Notes: generated from the sequence alone by a model not told the origin. DNA of 63,981 bases, filler included, from Olpidium bornovanus S191 (GCA_017911155.1; 32 parts of 32 records of this genome joined end to end with filler, not necessarily neighbours in it); one strand, 5' to 3'; numbered from the whole stretch's first letter, positions 1-11,582 are shown. Program-made: numbers and translations.

Positions 1-393
1 GACTACGTTCAGCCCATGTTTCGTAAGTTTGACGTTTAAGGAGCGATTCTCCTCTCTTCCGAACCGCACCTGCGCGAGGCTGACCCTAACCATAACTCCG
101 TCCAGTACAAACATTCATGCCTTTCAAGACGGTGTTTGGAGCCCCGGTGGTGAAGGTCAATATCCTCGGCTACAAGGCTGAGGGAGATCTCGCCAGGCCT
201 TGGGTGCCTAAATTGCCGTTCGGGTACGTCGCAAGGCGGCGTGGTATCTTGTCCTCCGCGAGGTTTCTTCATCTCTTAGTTGCCTTCCATTGCATGCCCG
301 CATTTATTAACCGCAGTTTGTGGTTACCTCCCGTTTCTCGTGGCCCATTTCAGTGGCATGACCACGCCAAAGGAGCAGAAGAAGGAGGAGTGA
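1..393 (+). CDS. PHO88: Pho88/Snd3 ER membrane protein, 3' end (5'-partial; exons 1-22, 106-223, 354-393)
   Basis: Two GT-AG introns splice to DYVQPMFLQTFMPFKTVFGAPVVKVNILGYKAEGDLARPWVPKLPFGGMTTPKEQKKEE*. This matches the Pho88/SND3 C-terminal pattern (P.F.Q...P.K......VK.H..G..A.GDL.RP). Confidence 0.75.
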
Positions 394-1547
394 ATTTTCC
401 GCAGACAGCCGAGTAGGCGTGCACTGGATACCTACACTTTGTATTACCACCTATAACGCCTGCCTTAATGGGTTTTTTTTGGCTTTTTACGTTTCCTCCT
501 TTTTTTAACGAATCACTGCTACTGTGTCAGACCATCTTAACCCGTTGAGCTCGAATTGCTTAAGGTTGAACGGATTGTTCCGTCGAGCGCGTGTGCGCAA
601 GGTGAATTCTCATCCGCCTGCGTGTCCGGGCCCTGCTGCAGATGGCCGCTGGATGGCCGACCGATTTCCATTCTTCTTGTCACTTCAGCCGTCCCCAGCG
701 CAGCAGAGCGTTTTGAGAAAGTGACGCGCTGGGTGTGGGTTTGCCACACGAAAGTGCGAAATTCGCTGTTACAGGGGGTTGGTGGTTTGATTTGCTGATG
801 GTTTGCGGCTTTCCATCTGAGCGGACAGCTTTTGCAAGCTGGCCAGCAGCCGACTTTGAGGTTGCGGGAAAAGGCTTTCCCTGGGAGTTACGGTGGCCAT
901 GGTGGCTAAAAAGGCAAGCAGAGTGCAGTCAGGGAATCCAAACCTCAGCTGTACGCTGTTTGTGCGCATTGCCGTAAAAGGAAACCAACTTAGCGCTAAG
1001 GGGCTTAGGGAAAGGCGTCTGGCCGAAGTCGCGTCTGCTGCATTCGTTTAAGATAATTGATTTTGTACGTCTACCGTGGCGCAGCAGCTAATTTTCGAAT
1101 TTGCGCCTTTCCGCCCACTGGCGACACGTGCAGAAGAATGCGATCGGCGAAGACTTTACGACGTCTGAGGGGGGGACGCCTGCGAAAGCTCGGGACTTGC
1201 GGGCGGGAGATCCCCGAGTTTACCAGGACGCCCGGCATCGGAGAAGATTCCGCAGGAGCCGACGGCAGCGCGAATCGGCGTTTTTTCCCGAGAGACAAGG
1301 GAAGCGTCCTCGGCGATGAGGGATGAAGCAGAGGAAATCAACGGCCAGTAACTTTCCGGCGATAAAGTACGTGTCTTGGTTTTTCCGTCCGGCGTTCGCT
1401 TGTCCGCTGTCGCGCCAGCGGCACCACATCAGCGAAACAAAAACGGCTTCGGCGCGCGGAAACCGTTCGCAGAACAGCGGAAGCGGAGCAAGGCTCGACC
1501 TGGGGTTTACGTGAAGCGGGTACGTTTGGTTACCCTAGACCCATGAA

Positions 1548-1647
1548 NNNNNNNNNNNNNNNNNNNNNNNNNNNNNNNNNNNNNNNNNNNNTTAATTAAT
1601 TAANNNNNNNNNNNNNNNNNNNNNNNNNNNNNNNNNNNNNNNNNNNN
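1548..1647. other. Artificial contig-joining spacer (first of 31): N44-TTAATTAATTAA-N44
   Basis: Identical 100-nt spacers start at 1548, 5265, 6940, 8173, 9886, 11583, 13117, 14995, 16724, 18780, 22100, 23434, 24658, 27556, 29521, 31237, 32362, 35214, 38255, 41959, 44508, 45869, 48183, 49777, 51786, 53634, 54800, 56780, 58253, 60951 and 62280. The 12-mer gives stops in six frames and explains the ...XXXLIN ORF endings. Confidence 0.99.
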
Positions 1648-1754
1648 CATGGTATGTGAGGGTGGTGATGGTTTTCGTCTGTCGTGAAATGAGCTGTGTT
1701 CTCGCACGTGGAAGTGACAACGAGAAAGATTTTTGACTTTCTCCTTGCCCTGGT

Positions 1755-4700
1755 TTAAAAACGCGGCTGACCAGGGAAGGCTAAGTGCGGTGGTTTGTAG
1801 ATTCCCTCGCCGGGGGCCAGGGCTCTCGTCGTCGTCGGCGCGCCGGTCGATTCCCCGACTTGCGGTTGGCCATATGACGACGGCACGCTTGGCCCGCTTT
1901 TGCCAATGTCACCGCGGGGCGTCACTTCGGAGACATCCTCTCTCCGTTCGCCGGCGATATTTCGGCTTTCTGGGGGAGGACTTTCGGGGTTTGGCGGTAG
2001 CGGTCGAGCTGCGACTTCGCCGAGGTCCGCCGCCTGGATCGGTCTGTCGTCGTCGTCGAGCTCCGACTGGTCCGGCGTGTGATCCGGGGTGGGCGGCTGA
2101 GCCGGCCGTTCGCCGAGTTTCGGCGGAAGGGCGCCCTCGTGGAATTCCGCTGCGGCGTCGCCGGGCGCGGCGGCGATCGGCGGCGGCGGCGGCGGCGCGG
2201 CATTTCGCGGTTCGGCGGTCGTCCGCTCGAGCCCGCGCGGCGCGGCCGCGCCGCTCCGCGACATTTCGGACGCGTCGCCGCGCACCTCGCCTAGGGCGGC
2301 CGCCGCGTCCGCCGCGCCCCGCGCCTCCTCGGCCGCGCGGGCGCAGGCCGCCAGGCGCTTTTCGAAGCCGCGCGCGGATTCGCCGAGCCGGAGCTCGACG
2401 TGCCGCCGGAGCTCGACCTCGGCGGACCTGCGCTCCGCCTCGCAGCGGCCGCGGTGCTCGCGCGAGCGGGCGTCGAGCGCTGCGAGGTCGGCGGAGACCT
2501 CGGCCACCCGCCTGTCGAGCCTTGCCGCCGCCTCCGCGACGGCCGCTCGGAGCTCGGCGGACATCCTCCGCTCCGCCTCTTGCTGCCGTTCGGCCGCCTG
2601 AGAGGCCGCCAGCGACGCCCCGTCGGCCTTCGCCTCCGACACCTCGGCCTGCTGGGCAACCTCGTTTAACCTCTGCGCGATTTGCATGCTGTAAGCGTCT
2701 CGCTCGGCCTGCTTCGCCGATGCGGCCCCTAGGCCCTCTTTGACCCTGCGGTCCACATCCGAGATTTCCCGGCCAATTTGATCCACGGTGGTTGCGAGGC
2801 CGCGGAAACGGGCTTCGGCGTCTTGTTGCATGACAGAGAGTTCGTCCTTCAGCGCGCGGCGGTTGAATTCCTCTTTCATCGCCGTCAGGGTTTGATCAAG
2901 CTGGACCGCCCTGGCCGTCATCCTCCTTTCCGTGTCAACCCGGAATTCGGCCATGGCGCTTTCTGCGTTCTGAGCTTGATGCAATAGGCCGGACGTGGAA
3001 ACTTTGAGCTGCTCAATCTCTTCCTCTGCCCGCGCGCGATCCGAAATGATGGATGCACACTCCCGACGCACGCCGTCGACGGCGTAGCCCATGTGCTTTA
3101 GTCTATCGGCGAGCACGGACTCGCTGTCCGACAATCTTTTTGTCAATTTTCCAACCCTGAGCCCGATGTCGGAGATATCAGCTGACATTTCACGGAGGAC
3201 GCTCGCTTCCCGGGATTGCATGGCCATTTGCAGCTGTTCAGTCGTTTGCAGGAAATTACGTTCCTGCTCCTCCATCTTTTGACTGATATGCTCTGCTTGC
3301 AACTTGGTGGCCAACCTGACGTCCTCGAGCTCAGCCAGGTTTCCTGTGTCTTCCTCGCTGCGTTGCTTGATCTCCGCACGCAAGACGTTCTCCAGGGACT
3401 TGATCCGCAGCTCCCCATCGTTCTCCGCGGCAGCGACCATCTGCTGCGTGGTTCTGATCGCGGAGAAACATGCCTCCTTGAGCATTCCCATCGCGCGGTT
3501 CTGCTCGTCCCACTTATTGGCAGATTGCTGGCGCCAAGCCCTGACCTCCACCTCAAGCTCGCTGCGAAGGCGCTCGGCTGCGTCCTTCCTCGCAGCGCGC
3601 TCTTTGGCGACTTCCTGGTCGTACTTGACGTTCATCTCCTTGAGCAGAGCTTTGAGAAACGCAATATCTTCCGCGAGCTGGATCTGCATCCCCCGCATCT
3701 CCTCCCGCACCGTCGCCCATTCGCGGGTTCGCTCGCTTCCTTCCTTGACGGTCACCGCGGCGGCGAGGGCTCTCACGTCTCCCACCTGCCTCACGATCTC
3801 CCTCTCCTGCATGCCGGCGATCTTCCGAAACTCTTCTGCCATCCGCTCGGCGTTCCCTTCGAGCGACTCCCGCGCCTGGGCCTCTGATTCAACGCGCCGC
3901 TTGACCTTCTCGACCTCGTCGGTGATCCTGCGGCTGATCGTGCTGAGCTGAAGTTCCAAGGCGTTCTGGATCCCTTCCAGCGCCCTCTCGTGCCGCGCAA
4001 TGACACGCAATGCGTCTGACAGCTGCCGACGCTCGTCCTGCTGATCCTTGTCGGCGCGGGCCGCCAATTCGTGCAGGCCCTCAGATGTTCTTGACTCCAG
4101 CGTTTCCAGTCTCGATCGCACGCTGGCAACCTCTTCTGCCGCCCGACGCTGTCGGCCGGCACTCTCCTCCTCTGATGTCTCCATAGTATGCTGTCGTGCG
4201 GCGAACTCGCTCATCATGGTTATCATTCGAGCGTTGTCCCTTTCGAGACGCGCCACCACGCCTTCCTGGCGGGATTTGAAAGTCTGGTCGGCAGATATCC
4301 ACTGATGCTGCAGCTCCTCGACGGATTCCAACCGCTTGCCCACCTGCTGGAGCCAGGAATCCGAGCCGGATGCCCCGCTGAGTCGGTCCAGCCGGTCGGA
4401 GAGCTTCTGCACCAGCGCCTTTCCCGCGGCGAATTCGATCTCTAGCGCCTTGCGGTGCCGGTGTTCCTTCGCAAGCTGTTCCTCCGTCAGTCGAAGCTTG
4501 GCGAGGAGTTCGGCCTCGAGGGCGATCCGACCGGCGGCCGGGTCCTGCCCCGCGTCGACCGTCATGTTTAGCATGCCGCGCAGATTCGGCTGTCCCGGGC
4601 GGCCGGCGTCGGGCTGGGTTATCGGGCTCGGACTGTCAGCCCGCCCGTCGCCGGCGACGCCTGGGGCGGGGCCTAATCGCAGGTGCGGTGCGTCCGCCGC

Positions 4701-4874
4701 CAAGGGCCTCCCGGCGCCCGGGTCCTCGTACCGGCTTCCTTTAAGCGCGGAATCCTGCGGGCTGCTGTGCGAGACGCTCGCAGCCGTTTCCGGCGGATCT
4801 GCAAATCCCGGCCCGGCGATTTTCGGGAAACCGTAGTTGCGCCGGCCATCTAAAAGATCCTTGTCTTCGGCCAT
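1755..4874 (-). CDS. Long coiled-coil protein (~1039 aa from first ATG; may have an upstream exon)
   Basis: Uninterrupted 3.1-kb ORF with heptad-rich E/R/L/A central ~750 aa and Pro-rich disordered ends. The frame stays open ~75 nt upstream of the ATG, with candidate acceptors. Weak resemblance to CCDC154-like proteins (LENVLRAEIK) is unverified. Confidence 0.85.
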   Translation of the reverse strand: MAEDKDLLDGRRNYGFPKIAGPGFADPPETAASVSHSSPQDSALKGSRYEDPGAGRPLAADAPHLRLGPAPGVAGDGRADSPSPITQPDAGRPGQPNLRGMLNMTVDAGQDPAAGRIALEAELLAKLRLTEEQLAKEHRHRKALEIEFAAGKALVQKLSDRLDRLSGASGSDSWLQQVGKRLESVEELQHQWISADQTFKSRQEGVVARLERDNARMITMMSEFAARQHTMETSEEESAGRQRRAAEEVASVRSRLETLESRTSEGLHELAARADKDQQDERRQLSDALRVIARHERALEGIQNALELQLSTISRRITDEVEKVKRRVESEAQARESLEGNAERMAEEFRKIAGMQEREIVRQVGDVRALAAAVTVKEGSERTREWATVREEMRGMQIQLAEDIAFLKALLKEMNVKYDQEVAKERAARKDAAERLRSELEVEVRAWRQQSANKWDEQNRAMGMLKEACFSAIRTTQQMVAAAENDGELRIKSLENVLRAEIKQRSEEDTGNLAELEDVRLATKLQAEHISQKMEEQERNFLQTTEQLQMAMQSREASVLREMSADISDIGLRVGKLTKRLSDSESVLADRLKHMGYAVDGVRRECASIISDRARAEEEIEQLKVSTSGLLHQAQNAESAMAEFRVDTERRMTARAVQLDQTLTAMKEEFNRRALKDELSVMQQDAEARFRGLATTVDQIGREISDVDRRVKEGLGAASAKQAERDAYSMQIAQRLNEVAQQAEVSEAKADGASLAASQAAERQQEAERRMSAELRAAVAEAAARLDRRVAEVSADLAALDARSREHRGRCEAERRSAEVELRRHVELRLGESARGFEKRLAACARAAEEARGAADAAAALGEVRGDASEMSRSGAAAPRGLERTTAEPRNAAPPPPPPIAAAPGDAAAEFHEGALPPKLGERPAQPPTPDHTPDQSELDDDDRPIQAADLGEVAARPLPPNPESPPPESRNIAGERREDVSEVTPRGDIGKSGPSVPSSYGQPQVGESTGAPTTTRALAPGEGIYKPPHLAFPGQPRF

Positions 4875-5364
4875 CTCGGCCAACCGCTGCCGCCTGCGGC
4901 TGTTTTTCCGCTCATCCTGCTGCTGACGCAGTGCTGGTGCGCACGTCGATTAAACGATTTAGAAGTCACGGCCGACTCGCGCTCGCGGGATCCTGGCGTC
5001 TGTACCGTCGCAAATTACCTTCCAGGTGGGCTCGGTCAGATATTGCCTTTGCGCGCTGCCTGTCGTCCACGCTCTCCCAAAATATAGACATCCTCGCGAG
5101 GAGCTGGAGATGTGCTGGACTTTTTTTTCAGTCGGCACAGCAGCATGCAACCCATCAAAAAAAAACGAATAAACGACAAAGAAATATCCGTCTGGTATAC
5201 AATTTTTCCTCAGCCAATCACAGGCGTCTGGCACAGAAGAAGATTCCGAGACAGAAACAGAAACNNNNNNNNNNNNNNNNNNNNNNNNNNNNNNNNNNNN
5301 NNNNNNNNTTAATTAATTAANNNNNNNNNNNNNNNNNNNNNNNNNNNNNNNNNNNNNNNNNNNN

Positions 5365-6624
5365 TCGTAAGGACGCCCACTGGGGGTTGTAAATCGGAGG
5401 GACTCAACCGTTCGACCGCATCCACCACTTTTTGCAGCTGGCTGGAGAATGCAGACAAAGAGGCCCGTTAAGGTATGGATCAAAAAAATTCAAAAAGACC
5501 AAAATCAGCACGGAGAGGGGTGGACGACTTGGCCTCCTGAAACACCGACTCATACCTTTCAATGCCGGCAACAGGGACTCGTTGACCCTTTTCACCTAGT
5601 ACGTCAACCTTGTAAATCTGGTCCTTATCGAAGACGACGATGTGGCGCGCCAAGCACGGATACTGGCTCGAAATATGGTTCGCGGGTGAGTCTGCGATAC
5701 GGCTTGTCCCGCACTGCTATCGATACTGATCCATATCTAGCGGCTGTTTTTTTCCGTCCCAAAATATTCCGGCGGCAGCGTCTCTCTTAAATAGGGATGT
5801 GACATAAGAGTAGGTCATCTGATGTAGTCGGTTATGAACCAATTCGCAAGCACAGTGAAACGCAGTGCGGTAATTAGTAATTCATTCACCGGTTAAGCAT
5901 GTTACTGTAGTTGAGCAGATTTGACAACAGGCCCGAGGCGCGTCTAACCTGCAAAGGAGTCGCCTTGCCTGTCGTGGGGCTCCGTGGGCAATGGACGGCA
6001 TGTCCGGCATGTCTTTGAACTGACCCCACCAATTCACGTTGACGTACGATGGTTCTCTCCATTCAAGGTAAGCTTTGGAAAACCATATGTTCACCAGCCA
6101 GCTGTTCTGCTCACGCGGAGCGCAGAAGAATACGCGCAAATAGGAAACCCCTGCTCAGTGATTCTGGTGGGCGTCAGGGGCCCACGTCTCCGCGGGCCAT
6201 CTTGGGCAGCCGACTGTCGCGTAACACCAAACCAGGAAGGCAGCATCGTCGTCGTACCGGTTCCAGGGCGTCATGCTCCAGCAGTCTCCGCTGCAGAACC
6301 TCGCCGACGCCTCCCGGTTCGACAAACCGCGAGGCGGCCTTCCCGGCCTGCTCGAACTCGTTGTCTGGCAGGATCGGCAGCAGAGATTTTATGTGGCGGG
6401 AGACGGTCTCCTGCAGCGTAGGGACCGGAAGGCGGGGGGAGCATTTCCTGGTTTGCGAAGGTCTTGACCGCCTCCTCGGCATGCTTTGTCGCGAACAGGC
6501 GGGGGAATGTTCCTTCACGGCAAGCGGCGCGGTGTCCTACTGCAGCCGCTCCGAGCCCGGCCGGCGGCAGCCGCGAAGTCCGGCTGAGCCGCAGGCGGCA
6601 GGTCGGCAGGGGACGGCAAACCAT
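5365..6624 (-). pseudogene. Choline/carnitine O-acyltransferase, disrupted (3'-partial; exons ~6624-6258, 6106-5890, 5785-5556, 5441-5365)
   Basis: Family motifs: KTFANQEMLP/RLPVPTLQET, NSWLVNIWFSKAYLEWREPS, QVRRASGLL, QPLDMDQYR*QCGTSRI, IVVFDKDQIYKVDV, QPPVGVLT. Frameshifts at G6 6434-6439, ~5967-5972 and T7 5747-5753; in-frame TAG at 5717-5719. Arg/Ser-rich presequence-like N-terminus. Confidence 0.85.
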
Positions 6625-6899
6625 GGCGGCGGTTGCGCGCGGTGAAGCGGGACGCGGGTTTTGCGGGGGGGAGGAACCGGGGACGGCGTCGCGGGCGCCA
6701 AGAAGCAGAGGGGGCGGAAGGGGCGGAAGGGGGGAAAGTGCGCGCGCATCGGGGGCCTTCTCTGGTCGGGCTGCGCGTGCGGCGGGGGCGGTTTTTCACT
6801 TTTTTTTTTCTTTGTTTTTTTTTTTTTTTTTTTTTTTTTTACACTTTTTTTTTTTTGGGATGCTGTGGGGGAAAGCTCAACGGGGGGGCTGCCAGAAGG

Positions 6900-6939
<40 letters not shown>

Positions 6940-8406
6940 NNNNNNNNNNNNNNNNNNNNNNNNNNNNNNNNNNNNNNNNNNNNTTAATTAATTAANNNNN
7001 NNNNNNNNNNNNNNNNNNNNNNNNNNNNNNNNNNNNNNNCCATGTGCCCCGCTGTTCCTTTTCCGCTGTCAGCCTCAGCGGTTTGATGTCCCGAAGCGCT
7101 AAAAGGCCCAGACTGGCAGATCTGGAGAACGGGGGGGAAAAAGTGGAGAAAAGAAAATTTATCAACACTGCCTACCCAACCGTCCTCCAGACCGCCCACC
7201 AAAATCATCCACACGACTATCCGACAGTCCCCCAAAACCATCGACGCCACACTCGGCTCGCGCCCTCCTGCTCCCGCTGCCGGTTTACTTTGTGCATTCC
7301 CATTCGGCAGAGCGTTCCCCCCGTGAGGGCCACCGTTTTGCTCAACGCGCTGTCTCTTCCCAAGTTGGCCGCGCCCTTGCCCGCCGGCACGGCCGCGCGG
7401 CAGGTCAGGACCGCCGTCACGGCGCGAGTCAGGGACAGCTTTTCGAAGCAGGGGGTTTCGTTGGTGAGCCTGACGCCCACGCAGTTGACGGTCGTGCTAC
7501 CCGCTACGGATGCCGGAAACCAGGTTCTTTGGCTGTAAAGTACAGGAAGCTCCTCACCGGTCGCCGCCGTGGCTGTCCGTAAGAAAATGCCGTGCCCTGA
7601 ACATAACATCTGCCGCCAGCGATGACCGCATTCCCTGAAATAAAAACGGCGCACTATCCTCGCAGCTGGATTGTCGCCATCGCGGACATCCGTTCGGCCT
7701 TACGCGTGTGGGCCGCCGACAACCGCTGCAACAGCAGCACCAGATAATGTCTCGCCGACGTCGCCAACAGCGCCGGAGGACCGGTGGTTTGCCGTCCGCT
7801 GCGTGGGCATGTGCGTCGGCCCGTCGAACCAGCACACCCGAAAAACTTGAGGTCCTTGGGTCCTTGGGGTCCGTTCTCTCCGTACTTTTGCGGACGACGC
7901 ATAGCTCACGTGCCTTGCGGCGACCTCACTACAAGTAGGGTTTGAAGCCGTCGTGGTCCCGCACATTTTCCCCGGGCTGCGCCAAATGCTGTACCCGGGA
8001 ACGCCCGGCTCTGCGAGCTGTCAGATCTAAGGTGGTATTTCACGTTTTACGCATGTCAGCGTCGACTACGCACGCAGGGCACCGGGCCTGCCTCGGTCAA
8101 TGATATGACAGATAATCCAGAGCTCTGGTTCGCGCGGCCGCACCAAGGCCTTTCCCGACCGGCTGGAGGCAGNNNNNNNNNNNNNNNNNNNNNNNNNNNN
8201 NNNNNNNNNNNNNNNNTTAATTAATTAANNNNNNNNNNNNNNNNNNNNNNNNNNNNNNNNNNNNNNNNNNNNCATGCGGTCGTCATACAAGGCCTAACTC
8301 GCCTAAAGAATACAGTGCCCGCTGCGGGCTTAGCGAACTCCCGTTGTGAATACTATACAAAGTATGATGGGCCACACGGGCTGCGCGGTTTTTCGCTATG
8401 GGTATA

Positions 8407-9885
8407 CTATACAGATTTGGCGACCAGCGTGGCCACCAGCGCCGCAAGGAGGAGCACGACCAGCAGAACAACGGCGGCAACGGCGGCGCGGGGAACCCAC
8501 AACCCGGGACCACGCGCGGCCGCCGCCTCCCGCGCGTTCACGGCGTTTTCGGCCCCAGCAGGCAGGTCCACCTTTGTCTCCAGCGTCTTTTCCGTACGCG
8601 GCGTCTCCACGACCACGCCCTCCAGGCGTTCCGCCGCCGCCTTCGCGGTCGCCGCAGTTACCAGTGCGACAGGCCCGGCGATGTGGCGCTCGACGACGTA
8701 CCGCCTGAACTTGCGCAGGGTCGACGGGTCCGCGGCCTGGGGCGGCGAAGGACGCACGGGGCCGGCGGGCCAGGGTTCGGACCTGTCGGCGGGATCCGGG
8801 ATGTCTGATCCTGGCGCGGCCGTCTCGTCCTGCCGTTCCGGCGCGGCGCCCGCTGAGCCGGGATCCAGCGTACGCCGGTCCCCCCCCTCCGCGTCTGCGG
8901 CGTCGACGGGCTCGGCCACTACTACTCCTCGCCGTCCGGACCGGCGAGGCCCGTCCGCCGCCTTCGCGCCCGCGCTTCCGGATACGCCCGACTTCGCGTC
9001 CTGCGCAGGCGGTGCTGCAGCCGCCGCCTCCGGAAGTGTCGTCTCCTCCGCGGCGCCCCGGTCGTGACCTCCGTCCCGCTCCTCCGGGCCTGACTCGGCC
9101 AGACACCGAGTGTCCGCAGCCGCCGTCTTTGCCCCCGCCGGAGTCGGACGCGCGGACGCGCACTCCGCTGCAGCCGTTTGCGACACCGCGAGGCCTCGCG
9201 GCGCCACCGCGTCCGACGTCCCGGTTTGTGCGGCCGGCCGGACGGTCCCGTCGAACATCGGCGAGGCCGGCAGCGGAGAGGTCTGCGTCCCAACGCACGC
9301 CGTTTTCCCCTCGTCGTGCTGCCGGACGGCTTCGAGATTCCCGCCCGATGCGCCCGGAACTGGCGGGTCGAGAGTCTTCAAGCCGGCGTTCACTTGCCAT
9401 ATCGCCCTTTGCGGCTCATCACGGGCCATCGGCATTGGGCGCGGGCTCGGTCGCGACGTGGCCGACGCCCGCGACAGCCTCTTGTACGGCGCCTTCCCGG
9501 ACCCCCCCCCCGCCTCGCTGCGTACGCTTGCCGGCGATCCCGCAGCGGAAACGGCCCGCCTTTGTCCAAACGATGATCGGCGTCGAAGGTCCGCCGCCGT
9601 CGGAGTCTCGAAATCCGCGCAAACTTTCTCGAGCTCCTCCGAGAAGCCGCGCGGCGGGTCGGTGCCGGGCGTGACCTGCTTCCTGCACCGCCGTCGCCAG
9701 TGAGCGCCGGCAGCGTATTCTAGGCTGCCGCCGCTACTGGTCGATGTGTGACGGGTGGCCTGCCCATGTCGTGAAGCTGGGCGCCGGTGTCCAAGGGAAG
9801 ATCGATCACGTCGCCGCTGGCGCTGGCGTCCGGAATATCCTTGCCGCGCCGGCACTCCTCGCGTGCGGATTTGAGTTCCTTCGAG
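8407..9885 (-). CDS. Low-complexity protein with C-terminal transmembrane anchor (5'-partial)
   Basis: Long Ala/Pro/Ser-rich ORF ending ...WVPRAAVAAVVLLVVLLLAALVATLVAKSV*. No domain recognised; 5' structure uncertain. Confidence 0.55.
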   Translation of the reverse strand, partial: LEGTQIRTRGVPARQGYSGRQRQRRRDRSSLGHRRPASRHGQATRHTSTSSGGSLEYAAGAHWRRRCRKQVTPGTDPPRGFSEELEKVCADFETPTAADLRRRSSFGQRRAVSAAGSPASVRSEAGGGSGKAPYKRLSRASATSRPSPRPMPMARDEPQRAIWQVNAGLKTLDPPVPGASGGNLEAVRQHDEGKTACVGTQTSPLPASPMFDGTVRPAAQTGTSDAVAPRGLAVSQTAAAECASARPTPAGAKTAAADTRCLAESGPEERDGGHDRGAAEETTLPEAAAAAPPAQDAKSGVSGSAGAKAADGPRRSGRRGVVVAEPVDAADAEGGDRRTLDPGSAGAAPERQDETAAPGSDIPDPADRSEPWPAGPVRPSPPQAADPSTLRKFRRYVVERHIAGPVALVTAATAKAAAERLEGVVVETPRTEKTLETKVDLPAGAENAVNAREAAAARGPGLWVPRAAVAAVVLLVVLLLAALVATLVAKSV

Positions 9886-10282
9886 NNNNNNNNNNNNNNN
9901 NNNNNNNNNNNNNNNNNNNNNNNNNNNNNTTAATTAATTAANNNNNNNNNNNNNNNNNNNNNNNNNNNNNNNNNNNNNNNNNNNNACATTGCGCTGGCAG
10001 CGCCACTTCCATCCCTGTGTGGTGGTGGCAGCGTGGGACCGACTGTGGAGATCGTCGCCGGAGACCGGGGGACAAGACGGCGGGAAAATTCTAAAGTTCA
10101 GCATGAATTAAGTCGACGGAGACCAAGGACAAACCTGGGAAATTGATGACGGCCAATCGGCGCAAGTGGGAATTGATGTCAGCAGCCTGCTTTCAGGCCC
10201 CATGCCACTGAAACCGCCTAGGCAGAAGGGAAACCAGGGAAACCAGAGGTTTTGGATTTCCTTGAAACTATTGGTCGGCCCA

Positions 10283-11582
10283 ATGCCGAGCGCGACGCCA
10301 CGCTGCCTGCTTGGAAGCGCCGTTCTCCGCGCCGTGCGCGGCCGCCTCTCAACGCTTCCGGCCTTTCCGTCCGTCTCGCCGCTGGCGGTTGCGCGCCGCC
10401 CGTGCGCTCCGCCCGCGTCGGCCGCTTTCGCGCCTCCCGCGTATTGCGCGCTGCCGTCGCCGGCGCCCGCGAAGGCGGCGGAGGAAGACGCCGAGCAATC
10501 CCGGTACGAACGTCCGGCTGGCGTGGCTCAAGCAGGGAACGCCGCCGGTGCGGACCTCTCTCAACCGGATGCGCAGCCGCAAAACGAATTTTTTTATCCG
10601 AAAAAGTATATCGCGATGCTGATGGCCTATTCTGGAAAGGTAAGTTTTCGACCGCGCCCTTGCCGAGCGTGAAATTTCGAACACTCCGCGAAAGCCGGTT
10701 TCATGGTCACAGTGGCTTTGTGACTTATTTAAGCGTCGTTCTGACCTGTCTAGGGCTTCTGGGGAATGCAAACTCACAAGGGAAGCGAGTACCGAACAAT
10801 TGAAAGTGAATTGGTTCGCGCACTAGTTGAAATAGGATCGTTGAGGCCGAGTAACGCGGGTGACCCAAAGAAGGTATATAACCGTTAGCCTTACCCTCTT
10901 ATTCAAAAATCGCGGAGGCTCGCAAATCCAAGGGGCCCCTCCTCAATTGTTTCGATGTCATGCCGCAGATGAAACTCCAAAGAGCGTCGAGAACAGACAA
11001 GGGCGTCCATGCAGCTCAGCAAATCATCGGGATTAAGACTGGTGTTGGCATAAAGGACTTCGTGGTAAAGCTGAACGCGAAGTTGCCTTCATCTATTAAA
11101 GTATTTGGTGTGGAAGCAGAACTGTGAAGGTCGCATTCTTGAGGATTCCCTGCTGCACGTTATTTCTGGTTCTCACTTATATTTAAACCTTTCTAGGGTA
11201 CGCGCCAGCGCTCCGTTCCTTTTACCCTCGGCGGAACGTGTCGTCGCGGATATACGAGTACCTGATGCCGACGTACGTGCTGGGCCACGTAAGCAATGGC
11301 AAATACCGGGAGCAGTCCGTGACGTGGGAAGAGACCAAGACAGGCGTACCATGCATGCGGTACAGTGCGACCCGCCAGGAGGTCGAAGAGATCAACTCGT
11401 TTCGGATCTCAACCGAGAAGCTTGAGAAAGCTCGCGAACTCGCCGGCGCGTTCCTCGGGAGACACAATTTCCACAACTACACGAGGAGGGTTCATTACAG
11501 GCAACGGACTGCGAGGCGGACCATAATCGAATTTGAAATCAGCGACCCGTTTCTTGTCACCAACGAAATGGGAGATACCATG
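10283..11582 (+). CDS. PUS1: tRNA pseudouridine synthase, TruA/Pus1 family, probably mitochondrial (3'-partial; exons 10283-10639, 10754-10873, 10969-11107, 11197-11582)
   Basis: Spliced product has KKYIAMLMAYSGK-GFWGMQ, RTIESELVRAL, catalytic RASRTDKGVHA, SRIYEYLMPT, FLGRHNFHNYT. Arg/Leu/Ala-rich presequence-like N-terminus. Pus1 versus Pus2 orthology not resolved. Confidence 0.9.

Noticed and set aside
1592-1603. Regularly recurring TTAATTAATTAA as a CRISPR repeat, PacI-site array or regulatory motif
   Set aside because: Always centred in exactly 44+44 Ns; it is a synthetic six-frame-stop linker.
1733-2743. Long Arg/Pro/Ala-rich ORFs overlapping real genes (also 32406-34142, 36459-37364, 42827-44371, 61517-62266, 62552-63625)
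   Set aside because: Shadow ORFs caused by high GC3 on the opposite strand or in another frame.
7044-8172. Gene in contig 7040-8172
   Set aside because: Competing ORFs on both strands with no recognisable motif or consistent exon structure.
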